Below are positions 59,587 through 64,000 of a DNA stretch of 64,000 nucleotides, piece by piece. The position numbers and the translations under genes were made by a program. Numbering within the stretch: the first letter of the stretch is position 1; each line of letters begins with the position of its first letter. Below the pieces are notes generated by a model, which searched no databases, had not been told where the DNA came from, and was given only the letters and a program-made list of their open reading frames with translations. Source of the stretch: Verrucomicrobiia bacterium (GTDB lineage Bacteria > Verrucomicrobiota > Verrucomicrobiia > Limisphaerales > UBA1319); contig OY760937.1 of NCBI GenBank assembly GCA_963664225.1, positions 4,064,001-4,128,000 of the forward strand. Reading direction: 5' to 3'.

Positions 59587-59801
59587 AAAGACTTAACCAC
59601 AAAGAACTCAGAGAACGCAAAAAGAACGCAAAAAATACAAAGTAGATAACCACGAAATAAGGAAATACGCGAAAAAGGGGGGAAGGGAGAACCGCTAATT
59701 AACGGTAATGGTCGCTAATAATTGCGGGGATGGTTGGTGAGTTTTTTAAATTCGAGGCTTTTCACGGGGCGGGAAATGGGTTTTATTGTCCGGCACGTTT
59801 T

Positions 59802-60734
59802 ATGACGAAGACGGCACTTTTATTTGCAGGACAGGGCGCTCAGGCGGTCGGTATGGGGCGCGACCTGGCGGAGAATTTCCCGGGGGCGCGGGCGTTGTTC
59901 GATCGCGCGAACGCGGTGCTGGGGTATGATCTGGCGAGGGTTTGTTTTGAGGGGCCGGAGGGGCTGTTGACGAATACGGGGAATGCGCAGCCGGGGATTT
60001 ATCTGGTGAGCTGGGTGGCGATGCAGTTGCTCCAGGAGCAGGCGCCGGGGCTGCGTTTTGAGGCGACGGCGGGGTTGTCGCTGGGTGAGTTTACGGCGCT
60101 GGCGGCGGGCGGGGCGTTGAGTTTCGAGGATGGATTGAAGCTGGTGCGTCAACGTGGGTTGCTGATGCAGGAGGCGTGCGAGGCGACGCAGGGGGGGATG
60201 GCGGCGATCATTAATCTGGATGAGGCGGCGACGCTGGGGGTTTGCGCGGAGGCGGGGGTGGAGCTGGCGAATTTGAATTGTCCGGGGCAACTGGTGATTT
60301 CGGGGGCGAGCGCGGGGATTGCGGCGGCATGCGAGCTGGCGAAGGCGCGGGGGGCGAAGAGGGCGCTGCCTTTGACGGTGGCGGGGGCGTATCATTCGCG
60401 TTTGATGGCGGGCGCGCAGCCGGGGTTGGAGGCGGCGCTGGAACCGGTGGCGGTGGCGCGGCCGAGGGTGACGGTGGTGTCCAATGTGACGGCGCAGCCG
60501 CATGAGGGTTCGCAGGAGATCAAGAAATTGCTGGTGGCGCAGGTGACTTCCCCGGTACGGTGGGAGGCTTCGATGCGGTATTTGCTGGCGCAGGGTTTCA
60601 CGCGGTTCATCGAGTTGGGGCCGGGAAAGGCGCTGAGCGGGTTTATGAAACGGATTGACGGCGGCGCGCAAATGTTCAATGTGGCCGATGCGGCGAGTCT
60701 GGCGGCGACGGTGGAAGCGCTGAGCCGGGATTGA
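59802..60734 (+). CDS. fabD: Malonyl-CoA-ACP transacylase
   Basis: FAGQGAQ, GLSLGE, NCPGQ, GAYHS, ELGPG. Confidence 0.96.
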   Translation: MTKTALLFAGQGAQAVGMGRDLAENFPGARALFDRANAVLGYDLARVCFEGPEGLLTNTGNAQPGIYLVSWVAMQLLQEQAPGLRFEATAGLSLGEFTALAAGGALSFEDGLKLVRQRGLLMQEACEATQGGMAAIINLDEAATLGVCAEAGVELANLNCPGQLVISGASAGIAAACELAKARGAKRALPLTVAGAYHSRLMAGAQPGLEAALEPVAVARPRVTVVSNVTAQPHEGSQEIKKLLVAQVTSPVRWEASMRYLLAQGFTRFIELGPGKALSGFMKRIDGGAQMFNVADAASLAATVEALSRD

Positions 60735-60790
60735 ACCGTATTGATGGCGCGGACCGTGGGGTTCGCGGTTTTTTCAACATTTTTGCATAT

Positions 60791-61534
60791 ATGAGCAGTT
60801 TAGCGAATCAAGTGGCGGTGGTGACGGGCGCAGGGCGAGGCATTGGCCGGGCGATTGCGTTGAAGTTCGCCGCTGAGGGGGCGGATGTGGCCTGTATTTC
60901 GCGCACGCCGGAAAATGCGGAGAAAGCGGCGGCGGAGGTGCGGGCGCTGGGTCGCAAGGCGTGGGCGGTCGCGCTGGATGTGGCGGATTCGGCGGCGGTG
61001 ACGGCTGCGTGCGAGAAGCTGGTGGCGGAGACGGGGCGTGTGGATATTCTGGTCAATAATGCGGGGGTGACGCGGGACACGCTGTTGATGCGGATGAGCG
61101 AGGCGGATTGGGATACGGTGCTGGATACGAATTTGAAAGGGGCCTTTTTGTTGACCAAGGCACTGATACGCTGTTTTATTAAGCAACGATCGGGTCGGAT
61201 CATTAATATTAGTTCAGTGATCGGCTTGATTGGAAACGCCGGACAGTGTAATTATGCGGCGAGCAAGGCGGGTTTGATCGGGTTTTCCAAGTCGGTGGCG
61301 CGCGAGGTGGCGTCCCGGGGAGTGACGGTGAATGCGATAGCGCCGGGGTTCGTGGAAACGGACATGACGGCTGTGCTGAAGGACGATACCAAGGCGCTGG
61401 TGCTCAAGCAAATTCCGCTGAATAGCTTCGGACAACCGGAGGATATTGCGCTGGCGGCGCTGTTTCTGGCCGGGCCGGGCGGTCGTTACATCACGGGGCA
61501 GGTGTTGGCGGTGGATGGCGGGATGGTGATGTGA
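60791..61534 (+). CDS. fabG: 3-oxoacyl-ACP reductase
   Basis: TGAGRGIG, NNAG, NYAASKAG, APGFVETDMT. Confidence 0.97.
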   Translation: MSSLANQVAVVTGAGRGIGRAIALKFAAEGADVACISRTPENAEKAAAEVRALGRKAWAVALDVADSAAVTAACEKLVAETGRVDILVNNAGVTRDTLLMRMSEADWDTVLDTNLKGAFLLTKALIRCFIKQRSGRIINISSVIGLIGNAGQCNYAASKAGLIGFSKSVAREVASRGVTVNAIAPGFVETDMTAVLKDDTKALVLKQIPLNSFGQPEDIALAALFLAGPGGRYITGQVLAVDGGMVM

Positions 61535-61642
61535 AAAGTGAAATTCAGGCTGGACGCGATGGCGGCCAACCGATAGAGAGAGTTAAAAGAGAGACTGAAA
61601 AACAATTTAGCGTCCTGAAAGGGGAAAAGTCCGAATAGGGGC

Positions 61643-61671
61643 TTGACGCCTTTTCGGGCGTCGTTTAGACA
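61643..61671 (+). promoter_or_regulatory. Sigma70-type promoter of acpP
   Basis: TTGACG-N17-TAGACA; overlapping GACGCC/GGCGTC inverted repeat. Confidence 0.55.
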
Positions 61672-61707
61672 CGCTGGAACAATCGAAATCACAAAACGGA
61701 GAAAGTC

Positions 61708-61953
61708 ATGGCTGCTGAAAAATCGACAGAACAACGCATTAAGGACATCATCGTTGAGCAATTGGGCGTCAACGCGGATCAAGTGACCAGCGAAGCCAAG
61801 TTCATTGAGGACTTGGGCGCGGATTCGCTGGACACCGTGGAATTGATCATGGCCCTGGAAGAAGAATTTGGCATCGAAGTGCCGGACGAAGAGGCCGAGA
61901 AGCTCCAGTCCGTGGGCGATGTCATCAAGTATATTGAAGAAAACCAAAAGTAA
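61708..61953 (+). CDS. acpP: Acyl carrier protein
   Basis: [20 protein letters not shown]. Confidence 0.98.
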   Translation: MAAEKSTEQRIKDIIVEQLGVNADQVTSEAKFIEDLGADSLDTVELIMALEEEFGIEVPDEEAEKLQSVGDVIKYIEENQK

Positions 61954-61973
61954 GTCAGATTTGAATCAAGTCG

Positions 61974-62013
61974 GGCAGCGGCGGCACTAAGCAAGGCGAA
62001 CGCTGCCTTTTTT
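61974..62013 (+). terminator. Probable leaky terminator between acpP and fabF
   Basis: GGCAGCG...CGCTGCC stem followed by T6. Confidence 0.5.
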
Positions 62014-62015
62014 GT

Positions 62016-63275
62016 ATGGGTCAAAATTGGACAGAGCGCAGGGTCGTGATCACAGGCCTGGGTCTTGTATCCCCGTTGGGAAACAACGTGGAGACGGCCT
62101 GGAAGAATTTGATCGCCGGCCAATGCGGTGTGGATCGGATCAGCTCGTTCGATCCTTCGGCGTTCGATTGCCAAATTGCCGCCGAGGTCAGGAATTTTGA
62201 TCCATTGCCCGCGTTTCCCTCCCCGAAGGAAGCGCGACGGACGGACCGGTTCACGCAGTTTGCGGTGGTCGCCGGTCTGGAGGCGTTGAAGGATTCAGGT
62301 CTGGATTTGGAGAAGGAGAATCGGGACGAGATCGGGGTGTTCATCGGTTCGGGCATTGGGGGTCTTTACACGACGGCGGAGCAGCATCAGATCCTGTTGC
62401 AGAAAGGGCCGCGGCGGCTTTCGCCCTTCATGATACCGATGTTGATACTCAACATGGCATCGGGAATTTTTTCGATGTATCACCGGCTGCGGGGTCCGAA
62501 TGTGGCGACGTGCTCGGCTTGCGCGACGGCGACGCATGCGATGGGCGAAGCGTGGCGCACCATTAAGATGGGGGATGCGCAGGTGATGGTGGCCGGCGGC
62601 ACGGAAGCGACGATCATTCCATTGGGTATCGGCGGGTTCTGCGCGATGAGAGCGATGAGCACGCGCAATGAGGATCCCAAACACGCATCGCGTCCATTCG
62701 ACGCGCAGCGCGATGGATTTGTGATGGGGGAAGGCTCGGGGATCGTGATTTTGGAGGAGCTGGAGCACGCGAAGGCGCGCGGCGCACGCATTTATTGCGA
62801 GGTGGCGGGTTACGGGAACACTGCCGATGCGAGCCACATGACCGCTCCCGCGCCCGAAGGGGAAGGCGGCGCACGGTGCATGAAGATGGCGTTGCGTTCC
62901 GCGGGATTGAATCCCGGGGATATCGATTACATCAATGCGCACGGGACTTCGACTCCCGCCGGGGATGTTTGCGAAACCCAGGGAATCAAGAGTGTTTTTG
63001 GAGAATATGCGCGCCAATTGATGGTCAGTTCCACCAAAGGCGCGACCGGGCACATGCTCGGGGCGGCGGGTGCCGCGGAGATGGCTTTTTGCGCGAAAGC
63101 GATTCAGACTGGGATTGTTCCGCCCACGATTAATTACGAGCATAAGGATCCCGAGTGCGATCTGGACTATGTGCCGAATACGGCCCGCGAGGCGCGCATT
63201 GAGGCGATCGTGAACAATTCGTTCGGATTTGGCGGGCACAATGCTTCCATTGCAGCCAGGAAATTCGTTGGTTGA
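62016..63275 (+). CDS. fabF: Beta-ketoacyl-ACP synthase II
   Basis: SACAT, INAHGTST, STKGATGHMLGAAG, NSFGFGG. Confidence 0.97.
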   Translation: MGQNWTERRVVITGLGLVSPLGNNVETAWKNLIAGQCGVDRISSFDPSAFDCQIAAEVRNFDPLPAFPSPKEARRTDRFTQFAVVAGLEALKDSGLDLEKENRDEIGVFIGSGIGGLYTTAEQHQILLQKGPRRLSPFMIPMLILNMASGIFSMYHRLRGPNVATCSACATATHAMGEAWRTIKMGDAQVMVAGGTEATIIPLGIGGFCAMRAMSTRNEDPKHASRPFDAQRDGFVMGEGSGIVILEELEHAKARGARIYCEVAGYGNTADASHMTAPAPEGEGGARCMKMALRSAGLNPGDIDYINAHGTSTPAGDVCETQGIKSVFGEYARQLMVSSTKGATGHMLGAAGAAEMAFCAKAIQTGIVPPTINYEHKDPECDLDYVPNTAREARIEAIVNNSFGFGGHNASIAARKFVG

Positions 63276-63733
63276 TTTGAATTTGCGGCGGTTATCATTG
63301 GTTTTGGCGCCGTTCAGATTTTCAGCAAGACCAGGAGCGGATTGTGAGGATGCCGCGCTGGCGGCGACCTCAAATGAGAGTGAAAAAATTCACTTTGCGA
63401 AAAATACGCCCACTTACGATGCGTGCGTTTCAGGCCGTATTCATTGGAGTTTATATGGTTTCACACCCTCAAAACAGCGTTGAAAAATAATCCCGCACGC
63501 AGATTTCTCGGTCAAAATTAAAAAAAATTCGAAAATTTGCGCAAAAATTTTTGGAGTTGCGTCGAAAACGGATTGTGAGTAACTTCTGAAATTGAAGTGA
63601 ATAAAAAGTAAGATTAGCAGCGGATACAGTTCATAATAAGTAATATAGTGCGATTCGGGTGACTCACAAAAAGTGTGAATAACCCGCAGCGGTTTTCTGA
63701 GGAATATTTGATCCCCGGTTTTAGCAAAATGAG

Positions 63734-63797
63734 TTGACGTTGGGTGGTGGTGGGGTAAAGTGGGGCGCGAAACAAGTGATGTGGGGCAAAAAGTGGT
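63734..63797 (+). promoter_or_regulatory. mraZ/dcw promoter with MraZ-binding GTGG(G) repeats
   Basis: TTGACG-N16-TAAAGT; GTGG repeats at 63750, 63760, 63781, 63793. Confidence 0.75.
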
Positions 63798-63818
63798 AAT
63801 GTCCCATTGAAAATCAAT

Positions 63819-64000
63819 ATGTCAACCGCCGCGGTCAACCAACCGATTTTTTACAGTTCGCTCTTCAGGCACGGAGTGGACGAAAAGCGACGGTTGCAGA
63901 TTCCGGCCAAATGGCGGCCGACTTCGGACGATTTCCAATTTTCTCTCTTTCTCTGGCCCAATGGCGCAGAGGTTGGTCCCTGCTTGATGGCGTTGCCGCC
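63819..64000 (+). CDS. mraZ: MraZ transcriptional regulator, 5' part (runs off the window)
   Basis: Manual translation MSTAAVNQPIFYSSLFRHGVDEKRRLQIPAKWR with the DxKxRxxIP motif. Confidence 0.9.
   Translation, partial: MSTAAVNQPIFYSSLFRHGVDEKRRLQIPAKWRPTSDDFQFSLFLWPNGAEVGPCLMALP

Overview
GC-rich bacterial chromosome segment. It most likely comes from a Verrucomicrobiota (subdivision 3-like) organism, inferred from PEP-CTERM proteins, an [10 protein letters not shown] pseudopilin, an OmcB/DUF11 lipoprotein and an STNL-W C-terminal domain. Core genes are cysS, rnr, tRNA-Ala(CGC), fabD-fabG-acpP-fabF and the 5' end of mraZ. Accessory content includes several secreted glycoside hydrolases/esterases, a tandem PEP-CTERM surface-protein locus (one copy split by an ISNCY element), a czcCBA-type efflux operon with a Cys-rich leader gene, a NarL-type two-component system, an unusual arsenic operon (arsR-arsC-C_GCAxxG_C_C-split-Soret cytochrome-arsM::CMD-acr3), a VapBC module and an ECF sigma locus. 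The most striking hidden structures are four. (1) A complete group II intron has EBS1/EBS2 candidates exactly complementary to the terminal inverted repeat of a 162-bp MITE, and it sits 1 nt outside that repeat, inside the MITE's target duplication. (2) An integron cassette array has an attI-like site and 7 attC sites that decay with distance from it, and no integrase lies in the window. (3) An IS3 element with non-canonical GG...CC ends appears to have inserted into its own left inverted repeat. (4) Gene-free intergenic islands are built from shared heptamer/nonamer tandem motifs and covarying REP-like hairpins. All calls were made by eye from the sequence and ORF track; no database searches were run.
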